Shown here: one piece after another, positions 28,570 through 37,747 of the stretch
Layout: every line of letters starts with the position of its first letter
How positions within the stretch are numbered: the first letter of the stretch is position 1
Source of the DNA: an uncultured delta proteobacterium
GTDB lineage: Bacteria > Myxococcota_A > Polyangia > Polyangiales > Polyangiaceae
Direction of reading: 5' to 3'
NCBI GenBank assembly: GCA_963782055.1
Contig: CAWAIF010000003.1
Span: 288,001-352,000 of the forward strand
Length of the DNA: 64,000 nt
Translations under genes and position numbers: made by a program
Notes under the pieces: model-generated
What the model was told of the DNA's origin: nothing
The model's database searches: none
Seen by the model: only the letters and a program-made list of their open reading frames with translations

Positions 28570-29357
28570 CCGTCCCCGTCGCGATCCTCCTCGGGATCAT
28601 CGAGGGGCTGACCGAGTACCTGCCCGTCTCCTCCACCGGGCACCTCATCCTGGCGGCGCACTTCCTCGGCCAGGACGCGGGCGCCTTCGAGATCGTCATC
28701 CAGCTCGGCGCCATCCTGGCGGTGCTGGTGCACTACCGCGCGCTGTGGCGGGAGCGCACCCTCGGCCTCTTCACGCGCGACCCGCGCTCGCTCGCCCTCT
28801 TCAAGGCGCTGATCGTGGCCTTCGTGCCGACGGCGGTGGCCGGGTTGCTGCTCCGCCACACCATCAAGAAGTTCCTCTTCGGCTCGACGCCCGTGGCGAT
28901 CGCCCTGGTCCTCGGCGGCGTCGTGATGATCGTGCTGGAGCGCGCGCTGCGCGGGCGTGCGGTGGCCGACGGCCTGGAGCACGTCACGCCGAAACGAGCG
29001 CTGTACATCGGTCTCGGGCAGTGCTTCGCGCTCATCCCAGGCACCTCGCGGTCGATGTCGACGATCCTCGCCGGCCAGCTCGCGGGCCTCTCGACCGCCA
29101 CCGCCGCGGAGTTCTCCTTCCTGCTGGGGCTCCCGACGCTCGGCGCGGCGACGCTGTACGAGGGGTACAAGTCGCGCCACGAGCTGATGAGTCAGGTCGG
29201 CCCCCTCAACATGGCGGTCGGCATCGGCGTCTCCTTCGTGGTGGCCTGGGCGGTGATCGCGGCCTTCTTGCGGTACCTCAAGACGCGCGGGCTGGAGCCG
29301 TTCGGCTGGTACCGGATCGTGCTGGGGGTGATCGTGCTGTGGGTGGTGGCGCGGTAG
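28566..29357 (+). CDS. uppP: Undecaprenyl-diphosphate phosphatase
   Basis: 'EGLTEYLPVSSTGHL', 'IQLGAILA', 'PGTSRS', 'AEFSF', 'FGWYRI'. Confidence 0.95.
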   Translation: MTVPVAILLGIIEGLTEYLPVSSTGHLILAAHFLGQDAGAFEIVIQLGAILAVLVHYRALWRERTLGLFTRDPRSLALFKALIVAFVPTAVAGLLLRHTIKKFLFGSTPVAIALVLGGVVMIVLERALRGRAVADGLEHVTPKRALYIGLGQCFALIPGTSRSMSTILAGQLAGLSTATAAEFSFLLGLPTLGAATLYEGYKSRHELMSQVGPLNMAVGIGVSFVVAWAVIAAFLRYLKTRGLEPFGWYRIVLGVIVLWVVAR

Positions 29358-29364
29358 CGCCGCG

Positions 29365-29482
29365 GGAACTTCCCGAGGCCGGGCCTTGTCCTCTCGGGGG
29401 AGGCCATGTTCCCGGATGCGCTGGATTTCGACGACGCGCAGGTCCCACCGGAATGGGAACTTGACGCGAGAGGCCATGCTCT
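29365..29482 (+). promoter_or_regulatory. Two tandem sigmaE-like promoter motifs upstream of the ECF sigma gene
   Basis: GGAACTT-N16-GTC at 29365-29390 and GGAACTT-N16-CTCT at 29456-29482. Confidence 0.5.
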
Positions 29483-29501
29483 CGGAGCATCGAGCGCGGA
29501 C

Positions 29502-30104
29502 GTGGCGCTGGACGAGCTCGAGAAAAAGCTGATCGAGCGCCTCGTCGCCCGGGACGAGCGCGCATTCAACGAGCTCGTGCGCTCCTACGAGCGGCGCGTC
29601 TTCGCCCTCGTCTTCCGCATGCTGGGCAACCGCGCGGAGGCGGAGGACCTGGCGCAGGAGGTGTTCGTCCAGGTCTTCAAGGCCATCGGGACGTTCCGCG
29701 GCGACTCCAAGCTCTCCACCTGGGTCTACCGCATCGCCATCAACCTCTGTAAAAACCGCGCGAAGTACCTGCGCGTGCGCCACACCGACGAGCAGGACGA
29801 GCTGGAGAACGTGGCCGAGCGCGTCCCCCTCGGCGAGGCGCGCCGCGCGAACGTGGGACAGGTCGAGCGCCCGGACGAGGCGATGGCCGGCAAGCAGGTG
29901 GAGGCCATCGTCCAGCAGGGCATCTTGCAGGTGGACGAGAGCTTCCGCGAGTGCCTGATCCTGCGCGACGTGGAAGAGATGAGCTACGAGGAGATCGGCG
30001 AGATCACCAGCCTGCCGGCGGGCACCGTCAAGAGCCGAATTTTCCGTGCGCGCGCGCAGCTCAGGGAGTACGTCGAACGAGAGCTCGGGGAGAAGATCCG
30101 ATGA
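29502..30104 (+). CDS. ECF RNA polymerase sigma factor (RpoE/SigW-like)
   Basis: 'AFNELV', 'AEDLAQEVF', 'STWVYRIAIN', 'SYEEIGEI...GTVKSRIFRAR'. Start is GTG 29502 or ATG 29406. Confidence 0.92.
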   Translation: MALDELEKKLIERLVARDERAFNELVRSYERRVFALVFRMLGNRAEAEDLAQEVFVQVFKAIGTFRGDSKLSTWVYRIAINLCKNRAKYLRVRHTDEQDELENVAERVPLGEARRANVGQVERPDEAMAGKQVEAIVQQGILQVDESFRECLILRDVEEMSYEEIGEITSLPAGTVKSRIFRARAQLREYVERELGEKIR

Positions 30105-30394
30105 CGGACCCGGAAGAGCTGCCGCCGGACGCAGAGGAGCAGGAGGAGGACGCGGCGATCAGCGCGCTGCTCAAGCGCGCCGTCGCCCCGGAGGCCGCGC
30201 CGGAGCCGCAGCCGGAGCGGCCCGTCCTGCCGGAGGTGCAGCGCAAGCTGCGCCAGCGCTCCAAGGGCAAGTTCTACTCCGACGGCTGGAGCACCACCTC
30301 GTCGCGCATCAACTACGCGCTGGTCGCGGTGATCATGCTGCTCATCGTGGCGGCCGCGTACTTCGCCCTGGGGCCGATGGCCGTCACGAAGTAG
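30101..30394 (+). CDS. Small C-terminally anchored membrane protein (candidate anti-sigma factor)
   Basis: ATGA overlap with the sigma gene, acidic N-terminus, 'VQRKLRQRSKGKFY', single TM. Confidence 0.7.
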   Translation: MTDPEELPPDAEEQEEDAAISALLKRAVAPEAAPEPQPERPVLPEVQRKLRQRSKGKFYSDGWSTTSSRINYALVAVIMLLIVAAAYFALGPMAVTK

Positions 30395-30448
30395 AGGCGG
30401 CGCGCCGGGTCCGACGCAACGGGGGAGCGGCCCGTCCGATGGGCATCG

Positions 30449-31075
30449 GTGCACCCTCTCGCGCTCCTCGGCCTGGACGCCCTCGCCGCCGTCCTCGCTC
30501 CCCCGCGGTGCGCCGCCTGCGGCGCTGGAGTGCCCCTGCGCACCGCCTTCTGCCCCGGCTGCGCCGCGTCCATCGAGCGGGCTCCGGGCCCGGCGGCCGG
30601 CCCCTTCCTCTACGGTGGCGCCATCGCGCGGGCCATCACGCGCTTCAAGTACGGCCCCCGTCCGGACCTGGCGCACCCGCTCGGCCGCCTGCTCGCGACC
30701 CACGCCACCCGGTCGACGGGCGCGGAGGTGGTCGTGCCCGTGCCGCTTCATCCGCTTCGCCTCGCCTCGCGCGGATTCAACCAGGCGGCGCTCCTGGCCG
30801 CGCACGTCGCACGCGCCCTCGGTGCGCGCCACGAGCCCCTGGCGCTGCGCCGCACCCGCGACACCGGCGCGCAGGCCGAGCTGGACCGCGCCGCACGCCT
30901 GCGCAACGTCGCGGGTGCGTTCGAGGTGCGCCGGCCGCGCGGCCTGGCCGGCCGACGCGTGCTCCTGGTGGACGACGTGCGAACCACCGGCGCCACGCTG
31001 GCGGCGTGCGCCGCCGCCGCACGAGCCGGAGGAGCCGTCGAGGCAGGTTGCCTGGTCCTCGCCATCGCGCCCTGA
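30449..31075 (+). CDS. comF: ComF-family phosphoribosyltransferase-like protein
   Basis: CxxC...CxxC, 'VPVPLH', 'RGFNQA', 'LLVDDVRTTGAT'. Confidence 0.88.
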   Translation: MHPLALLGLDALAAVLAPPRCAACGAGVPLRTAFCPGCAASIERAPGPAAGPFLYGGAIARAITRFKYGPRPDLAHPLGRLLATHATRSTGAEVVVPVPLHPLRLASRGFNQAALLAAHVARALGARHEPLALRRTRDTGAQAELDRAARLRNVAGAFEVRRPRGLAGRRVLLVDDVRTTGATLAACAAAARAGGAVEAGCLVLAIAP

Positions 31076-31107
31076 ATTGCGTACCCTGGTCCTCCGAGGC
31101 ACCATAG

Positions 31108-33888
31108 GTGAGCAGCGAGAGCGAGTGGCGCTGGGCAGATCCGACGGGCCAGCAGCGGCTGGTCCGCGAGGACGAGTTGCGTGCCGCGCTCGCGAGCGGA
31201 GTGATCCCGCCCAACGCCCCCGTGTGGAAGCGAGGCTGGGGCGGCTGGAAGCCTGCGCACGATGTCCCGGAGCTCCAGACGAGCGCCCTCGCCGCCGCCA
31301 ACGGCGTGCTCCCCAACGTCCCGCCGCCGCCGCTCTTCGTCGTCGCCGCCCAGGCGGAGCTGGAGGGCCACCCCAAGGCCCCGGCGTCTCAATCGGTGGA
31401 GCCCCCGCCGCCTCCCCGTTACGTGCCGCTGCCCCCTCCGAAGCCCGCAGCGGCTGCCTCCGAGCCCAGGGTCCAGGTCGCCAAGGCCGCACCGGCCCCC
31501 TCGCCGAAGCCCGCACCGGTCGCGCCCAAGCCGGCGCCGGTCGCTGCGTCGCCCAAGCCGGCGCCGGTCGCCGCGTCGCCCAAGCCGGCGCCCGCGCCGA
31601 AGGCCCCGGCTGCCAAGCCGAAGCCGCCGCCCGTGCCGGCGAAGTCGCCGCCCCTCCCGGTGAGGGTCGCCAAGCTGTCGACCCCGGCCCCTGCCATCCT
31701 CGATGCCGCGTGGGAGGACGAGAAGGCCACCACCAAGTCCTCGATGCCGCCGCCGCTGCCCGGGACCAAGGCGGACCCGTCCAAGAAGTCGATGCCGCCC
31801 CCGCTGCCGCCGCAGGCGCGCGGCGAGCACCTCCCGGCCGAGCCCACCGCCAAGCGCGACGTGCCCCGCGAGCTGATCGAGCCCACCGTGAAGGACCTGC
31901 CCAAGTCGATGGACTCCGCGCCCACACTGCAGACGCAGACCGGCGCGCTCAAGACCGTGCTGGGGGTGCCCGCGCTGCCCGACCCGCGCTTGCCGCCACC
32001 GTCCGGGAGCAACGAGCGCCACACCCTTCCCGTCGCCCCCGCGCCCCCGCCCCTCCCGAAGCTGGACCTGCCACCACCCTCCGAGTCGGCGCCCGTCACC
32101 GCGCCGCCGCCGGAGCAGATCGCCAGCAAGTACCCGACACTCCTCTTCGGCGAGGGGGACGCGCCCGCCCAGAGCAAGTCGGACGCGCCGCCCATCATCG
32201 TGCCGCCGCCGGAGCGGAGCGAGGTGAAGAACGCGGTCACACGGCCGCCGCCGTGGGGAGAGGGGGCCGCCTCCATCGCCACCATCCCCAAGAACGCGGC
32301 ACCCCCGCGCGTCGCGCAGGAGAGCACCGAGGAGCTGAGCGGCTCGGTCCTGCTCCCGGATCCCGATGCGTCCAGCGGCGCGCACCGTCCCATCGAGCTG
32401 AGCTCCTCCGACCTGACGAGCGAGGCGCACATGGAGGTGGTCAAGGCCGCGCCCCTGGCGCCCGCCGAGCGCCCCAACACCACCGTCATCGGAATGGCCG
32501 CGCCCCCCCCGCCGGCGCCCGCCCCCGCGCCGACTCCGGCGCCGCTCCCCGCCGCCGAGCCGACCCTCCCGGTCATGCGCGTGGCGGCGCCGCCGCCAGA
32601 GGAGCCCGTCTCCGAGCCGAAGCGCGCGGCCGTGCCCATCCCCGCGCCGAGCGGCGCGCGCACCATCGACCTGCGCGAGCTCGCGCGCACCCGACCGCCG
32701 TGGTTCCTCGCAGCCTCCGCGGGCGTGGGCGCGGTCATCCTGCTCGGCCTCATCGGGGTGGTCATCCGCATCGCCAAGAGCGGCTCGTCCTCCGACGAGT
32801 CCGTCGCGTCGGCCTCCGCGTCCACGGTGAGCAGCGCTCCCCCTCCCACCGCCTCCGCGACACCACCGCCGACGCCCACCCCCATCGCGGCCCCGCGCCC
32901 GATGCAGTGCACAGTCTCCGGCGAGCCGAAGGTGCTGGCGGAGAAGGCGATGGTGCGGAGCGGCGTCGAGGTGGATGCCTTCAGCGGCAAGATCGCCCTG
33001 GGGTACGCCACCGGAGCGAAGGCGGGGACGGTCGAGTGGGTCGACCCCAACAACCTCGCCTCCTCGTCCACCGCACACCTGCGCGCCGGCGACACCATCC
33101 GGCGGGTCATGCCCTTGCCGGGCACGGGCAAGGCCGCGGGCGCCGCCGATGTCGATCGCAGGGGCGATGTGTTGCAGGGCCGGCGCACCATGCCCACGCA
33201 CCCCCCGCTCGATCTGGGCGCCGGGGACGATGGCCTCTCCTGGGCGCCTCACGGCAGCAGCAAGGCCATCAAGCTCTGGGCCCTCGGCGATGGGCACGTG
33301 GAGGCGCTTCGCGGACGGCCCCTGTCCGGCGGCAAGGGCGTCGCCGTGGCCTTCCGGCAATCCGGTGCCGTCTACTTCGGGGCCTTCGGCGGGTCTCCGC
33401 CGGCGCCGCTCGGGCCCCTGGTGAAGATCACCGGCCTCGGCCCGCAGCTCGGCTCGCCCGTGATCGCGGTCAGCGGCGATCACTTCATGGGTGCGTGGTC
33501 CGACCGCGCCGCCAAGAGCAATCCGTGGGGCCTGCGCTACGTCATCGCCAAGGTGGGCGACGCGGCGCCGTCCGCGCACAGCTTCGACATCCCCTCCGGT
33601 GGGCTGGGAGGGCAGGCCATGTCACCGGGCGTCGCGGCGCTGCCCGACGATCGCTTCCTGCTCGTGTGGACCGAGGGCGCGGGGAAGGACCACCAGGTGC
33701 GCGCCGTCGTCTACGGCAGCGATGGCAAGCCGCAGGGCAAGCCCATCATCGTCTCCGCCAACGGGGTCAACGCCGGTCAAGGGCAAGCCGCGATCCTCCC
33801 CGATGGCCACGGCCTCGTCGCGTACCTCGCCTCCAACGGCAAGACCTTCGAAATTCACGCCACCGGGATCGTCTGCTCCGCCCCATGA
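31108..33888 (+). CDS. GYF_2 (DUF4339)-like N-terminal domain, long Pro-rich linker, TM and extracellular beta-rich domain
   Basis: 'WRW...EDELRAAL..G.I.....VWKRGWGGWKP...VPEL', about 450 aa of Pro-rich linker, one TM. Confidence 0.8.
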   Translation: MSSESEWRWADPTGQQRLVREDELRAALASGVIPPNAPVWKRGWGGWKPAHDVPELQTSALAAANGVLPNVPPPPLFVVAAQAELEGHPKAPASQSVEPPPPPRYVPLPPPKPAAAASEPRVQVAKAAPAPSPKPAPVAPKPAPVAASPKPAPVAASPKPAPAPKAPAAKPKPPPVPAKSPPLPVRVAKLSTPAPAILDAAWEDEKATTKSSMPPPLPGTKADPSKKSMPPPLPPQARGEHLPAEPTAKRDVPRELIEPTVKDLPKSMDSAPTLQTQTGALKTVLGVPALPDPRLPPPSGSNERHTLPVAPAPPPLPKLDLPPPSESAPVTAPPPEQIASKYPTLLFGEGDAPAQSKSDAPPIIVPPPERSEVKNAVTRPPPWGEGAASIATIPKNAAPPRVAQESTEELSGSVLLPDPDASSGAHRPIELSSSDLTSEAHMEVVKAAPLAPAERPNTTVIGMAAPPPPAPAPAPTPAPLPAAEPTLPVMRVAAPPPEEPVSEPKRAAVPIPAPSGARTIDLRELARTRPPWFLAASAGVGAVILLGLIGVVIRIAKSGSSSDESVASASASTVSSAPPPTASATPPPTPTPIAAPRPMQCTVSGEPKVLAEKAMVRSGVEVDAFSGKIALGYATGAKAGTVEWVDPNNLASSSTAHLRAGDTIRRVMPLPGTGKAAGAADVDRRGDVLQGRRTMPTHPPLDLGAGDDGLSWAPHGSSKAIKLWALGDGHVEALRGRPLSGGKGVAVAFRQSGAVYFGAFGGSPPAPLGPLVKITGLGPQLGSPVIAVSGDHFMGAWSDRAAKSNPWGLRYVIAKVGDAAPSAHSFDIPSGGLGGQAMSPGVAALPDDRFLLVWTEGAGKDHQVRAVVYGSDGKPQGKPIIVSANGVNAGQGQAAILPDGHGLVAYLASNGKTFEIHATGIVCSAP
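31501..31625 (+). repeat. Coding tandem repeat PKPAPVA(AS)
   Basis: Repeated ccaagccggcgccggtcgc units. Confidence 0.7.
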
Positions 33889-34703
33889 CCCATCTCTCTC
33901 GCTCCTTCCTGACGATGCTCGCGCTGTTCCTCGCGTCCTGCGCGATCTTTCAGACCCAGTCGCAGGTGAAGTCCGGGCAGCTCTTCCAGCCGGGCGTGGC
34001 GGCTTACAACGACTACTTCAAGCAGGTCCACGACCTGCAGGTCGCCGCCGCCGGCTGGGACGCCGAGAAGGCGGCTGCACGCCGTCCGCTGGTGGACGCG
34101 CTCAAGCTGCCTCCCGAAGCCGCCGACGTGACGATCGTTCAGGCCGCGCACGAGCGCATGGTCGCGGTGGCGCACATGGTGGGGTCGACCAAGATGTCCA
34201 TCCGTGGCGAGGACCCCAAGGTGAACGTGGAGAGCCGCGGCCGCCTGGACGACGCGGGCAAGGAGATCGTCAAGGCGCTGGAGTCGACGGCCAAGGCGGA
34301 GATGGCGCGCACCAAGGCGCTCCGCGACGTCCCGCCCAAGGTGGACGCGCTCGACAAGACCGGCCGCGAGCTGGAGCCCAAGGTGAGGGACGACTTCGCC
34401 GGCCATGGCGGCTCGGCAGTGGCCAATGTCCACGATGAGCTCGTCGCGAGCTATGACGTGCTGAGCAAGCTCTCCACCGACTCCCGCTCGCAGGCGCGCG
34501 AGGCGGAGGACTTCGTGGCGGACCTGCAGCGCGCGGTCTCGGCAGACTCCAGCGAGCCCCTGCTCGGCGAGCCGCAAGGCCGCCCCGCGCCCCACCCGCA
34601 TCCCCATCCGCACCCCCACCCGCAGGGTGGGAGCAAGCCCAAGCCCAAGCCCGCGGGCGGGGGTGGCGGCGGCGGTGGCGGCGGGGACGACTTCGTCCCG
34701 TAG
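33885..34703 (+). CDS. Helical lipoprotein with low-complexity (HP)n/(KP)n/Gn tail
   Basis: ATGA overlap, lipobox 'LASC', C-terminal 'PHPHPHPHPHPQGGSKPKPKPAGGGGGGGGGDDFVP'. Confidence 0.75.
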   Translation: MTHLSRSFLTMLALFLASCAIFQTQSQVKSGQLFQPGVAAYNDYFKQVHDLQVAAAGWDAEKAAARRPLVDALKLPPEAADVTIVQAAHERMVAVAHMVGSTKMSIRGEDPKVNVESRGRLDDAGKEIVKALESTAKAEMARTKALRDVPPKVDALDKTGRELEPKVRDDFAGHGGSAVANVHDELVASYDVLSKLSTDSRSQAREAEDFVADLQRAVSADSSEPLLGEPQGRPAPHPHPHPHPHPQGGSKPKPKPAGGGGGGGGGGDDFVP

Positions 34704-34823
34704 TCGCGTCGCCTCCAGCACAGGGAAGCACCCACCACATCGCACCGTACGACGCGGGGCGGCTTGCCAGGGTGCTCGGCATGTGGCACAGGCACCCACA
34801 TTCACACTCCTGGAGGAGGCTTC

Positions 34824-36122
34824 ATGCGCTGGCTTCACAGACTCGGATTTGGCGTGGGGTTCGGGGCCCTCGGGCTCCTCGCGCACTGCAGCGGCTCCGA
34901 CAACATCATCCTGCCGGGGAACGACGCCGGCCCGCAGCCGGACACAGGCGTGGCGGAGACAGGCCCCGCGCCCTGCGACAACGGTCTGACCCGCTGCGGG
35001 GACACGTGCGTGGACCTGCAGAAGGACACGGCGAACTGCGGCAAGTGCGGCACCGCGTGCGGCGCGAAGGAGGTGTGCTCGGCCGGCGCGTGCGCGGGCT
35101 GCGACACCATCGACGCCGACAAGGACGGCTTCGACGCGTGCGTCGACTGCGACGACAACGACCCGAACGTCAACCCCGGCGCCTTCGACATCCCCGGAAA
35201 CAACAAGGACGACGACTGCAACGGCAAGGTGGACGACGAGGTCGCGTGCGAGACCAACGCCTCGCCGGACACGAAGAACGCCGCCGACTTCGCCGCCGCC
35301 ATGGAGATGTGCGCGCCGTGGGTCACAGCGTCCTCCTTCCCCACCGTGGCGGACGACACCGCCCACCAGGTCGCGTCCGACTGGGGCGTCTTCAAGCCGC
35401 AGAAGGGGTCGACGATCGCGGCGCTCTCCACCGGCATCGCCGCCGACGAGGACGACACCAAGCCCATGTTCGACAAGGGCGTCACGCCGCAGCAAGGCAC
35501 CGACTTCAACAAGACCGGCACGCCCTACCCGGTGAAGCCGGGCAGCATCACCTGCATCGACAGCAACAAGCAGAAGCAGACCATCCAGGACCCGACGACC
35601 GTCAACGACTACACCGAGCTCTCGGTCACCCTGAAGGTCCCCACCAACGCGCACTCCTTCGCCATCGATCTCAACTACCTGACGAGCGACGCGCCGGAGT
35701 GGCTCTGCTCCAAGTACGTCGACCAGGCGCTGGTGATCCTCGACTCCGCCAGCCTCAAGGGCAACGTCTTCATGGACGCCAACGGTGACCACATGTCCGG
35801 AGACAGCCCGTTCCTCGTGCTCAACAAGGCGAGCGACCTGACCGGCACCGGCATGGATCAGCTCACCAACACGCAGCAGGTGTACGGCGGCGGTACCGGG
35901 TGGATGACGCTGACTGCGCCGGTCACGCCGGGCGACAGCATCACGCTGCGCTTCGCCATCTTCGACGTGCTCGACGGCATCTATGACTCGCAGATCCTGA
36001 TGGACCACTTCCGCTGGCAGGCGGACAAGGTCTGCGCCCCGACCACCACCAACCCGCTCTACGACGGCGGCGCGGCCGATGGCGGCGTGTCGGACGGCGG
36101 GTCGGACGGCGGCTGCCCCTGA
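34824..36122 (+). CDS. Cys-rich surface lipoprotein (myxobacterial Cys repeat, MopE-like putative metal-binding motif, choice-of-anchor-L-like domain)
   Basis: GGAGG RBS, 'LAHC' lipobox, 'CGDTCVDLQKDTANCGKCG', 'DCDDNDPNVNPGA...DDDCNG', 'GGGTGW...LRFAIFD..DGIYDS'. Confidence 0.75.
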   Translation: MRWLHRLGFGVGFGALGLLAHCSGSDNIILPGNDAGPQPDTGVAETGPAPCDNGLTRCGDTCVDLQKDTANCGKCGTACGAKEVCSAGACAGCDTIDADKDGFDACVDCDDNDPNVNPGAFDIPGNNKDDDCNGKVDDEVACETNASPDTKNAADFAAAMEMCAPWVTASSFPTVADDTAHQVASDWGVFKPQKGSTIAALSTGIAADEDDTKPMFDKGVTPQQGTDFNKTGTPYPVKPGSITCIDSNKQKQTIQDPTTVNDYTELSVTLKVPTNAHSFAIDLNYLTSDAPEWLCSKYVDQALVILDSASLKGNVFMDANGDHMSGDSPFLVLNKASDLTGTGMDQLTNTQQVYGGGTGWMTLTAPVTPGDSITLRFAIFDVLDGIYDSQILMDHFRWQADKVCAPTTTNPLYDGGAADGGVSDGGSDGGCP

Positions 36123-36130
36123 CCTCCTCG

Positions 36131-36149
36131 TTCTCCACTTCGTGGAGAA
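36131..36149. terminator. Hairpin between convergent genes
   Basis: TTCTCCAC-ttc-GTGGAGAA just after the stop at 36122. No U-tract. Confidence 0.4.
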
Positions 36150-36258
36150 GCGGGGATGGGGGAAGCGGGGTTACTCGCTCGCGGAGCTGCGTCGACCGGC
36201 GCTCGTCCCTGTCACCCCTCCATCTTCCTGAACCTCGGCAGGCCGACAGGGGGGAGGC

Positions 36259-37557
36259 TCAGTTCTGCGCGAACTTCTCCTGCGGGAAGCGCTTCGCCGC
36301 GGAGTCGAGGTGGTCGGCGAGCATCTCGGCGGTGATGGTGATGGGGAGCAGGTCGCGCGTGCCGTCGGGCATCATGATGACGTAGGCCGGGATGCCGGAG
36401 CGGCCGAGGTCGTCCAGCATCTTGTCCAGCTCGTCGCTCTCGACCGTCATGTCCGCGCGCATGGGCAGGATGTCGGTGCGGGTGAGGGCGTTGCGGACGG
36501 TGTCCGTCTCGATGAAGGCCTTCTCGTTGGCTTTGCAGGAGGCGCACCACTCGGCGGTGAAGTCCAAGAACACCGGGCGGCCGCGCGTCTTCTCCGCCGT
36601 GAGGCGCTTGGAGTCGAACTTGGCCCACGCGATGTGGCCATCCTTGACGACGGGGGCGTCGTGGTGGGCGGCGGTGGCGGTGCTGGTGATCACCGGCGCG
36701 GCCGTCGCGACGGGCTCAGGCCGCGCGAAGCTGATGAAGAGGTAGCCCACCAGAACGAGCCCTCCCACCTGCGCGACGCGCACGCCCCACCGCCGGATGG
36801 GGGGCGCCGCCACGCCGCCGAAGCGGCCGCCGGCCCAGAGCGCGAAGCCCAGCGCCAGCAGGAACGCCAAAAAGGAGTTGGAGGCCTGCGCCGTGAGCTG
36901 CACCTGCAGCGTGCGGTACAGCCACACCGCGGTGCCGAGCAGGGTGAAGCCCAGGACCTGCTTCACCGTCTCCATCCAGCGGCCGGGCTTGGGCAGCACC
37001 TTGGCGAAGGCGGGCACCAGGGTGAGCAGGAGATACGGCAGCGCCAGGCCGAAGCCGATGGTCGCGAAGATGAGGAGCGTCTGCCACGCGGCGGTGGTGC
37101 CGCCCAGCGCGAAGGCCACCGCGGTGCCGAGGAAGGGCGCCGAGCACGGCGTGGACATGATCGCCGCGAAGAGGCCGTTGACGAAGGAGCCGCTGAACTT
37201 CTCGTCGTCGCCCGTCTCGCCGCCCGTCGACAGGGTGATCTCGAAGACGCCCAGCGCGTTGAGCGCGAAGGCGAACACCAGCGCGGTCATCACGGCGACG
37301 AAGGGCGGGTGCTGGAACTGCATGCCCCAGCCGAGCTTCTTCCCCGAAGCCTTGATGACGAGCACCACCGTGGCCAGAGCCAGAAAGAGGCTCATCGTGC
37401 CCATGGTGTAGGCGAGGCCGTGGAGGCGCCGGGTGCGGGCGTCGTGGCGAGCGTGGTCGACGACGGAGAAGGCTTTCAGGGCCAGCACCGGCAAGACGCA
37501 CGGCATGATGTTGAGGATGAGGCCGCCGGCCAGAGCGATAGCGAGAATCCCGAGCAT
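36259..37557 (-). CDS. DsbD-family thiol:disulfide interchange protein (TM + thioredoxin domains)
   Basis: 'NIMPCVLPVL', 'TPCSAPFLG', 'LPKPGRWM', 'DFTAEWCASC'. Confidence 0.88.
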   Translation of the reverse strand: MLGILAIALAGGLILNIMPCVLPVLALKAFSVVDHARHDARTRRLHGLAYTMGTMSLFLALATVVLVIKASGKKLGWGMQFQHPPFVAVMTALVFAFALNALGVFEITLSTGGETGDDEKFSGSFVNGLFAAIMSTPCSAPFLGTAVAFALGGTTAAWQTLLIFATIGFGLALPYLLLTLVPAFAKVLPKPGRWMETVKQVLGFTLLGTAVWLYRTLQVQLTAQASNSFLAFLLALGFALWAGGRFGGVAAPPIRRWGVRVAQVGGLVLVGYLFISFARPEPVATAAPVITSTATAAHHDAPVVKDGHIAWAKFDSKRLTAEKTRGRPVFLDFTAEWCASCKANEKAFIETDTVRNALTRTDILPMRADMTVESDELDKMLDDLGRSGIPAYVIMMPDGTRDLLPITITAEMLADHLDSAAKRFPQEKFAQN

Positions 37558-37747
37558 GTTTACCTACGCTTTTGTACCAGAACCAGGCAGATGCAAGGCG
37601 AGCGCCGACCGCAAATCCAGGAGTGGGAGCGCTGTTTGCGGCCAAACGGTGCGGGTTTCACCGCATTTTTCCGCCCACGCTCTCCACACTGTACGCCTGT
37701 CGGTGGATCCTTCGTCCCCCTTTCCCCCCCGCGTTCGAGCCTCCCAA

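Noticed and set aside
31501..31625. Direct repeats as a possible CRISPR array
   Set aside because: In-frame Pro/Lys/Ala peptide repeats with no unique spacers and no cas genes.
30615..34703. 1362-aa ORF
   Set aside because: Only the last 272 codons (from 33885) look like a real protein; the rest is an alternative frame of comF and the GYF gene.
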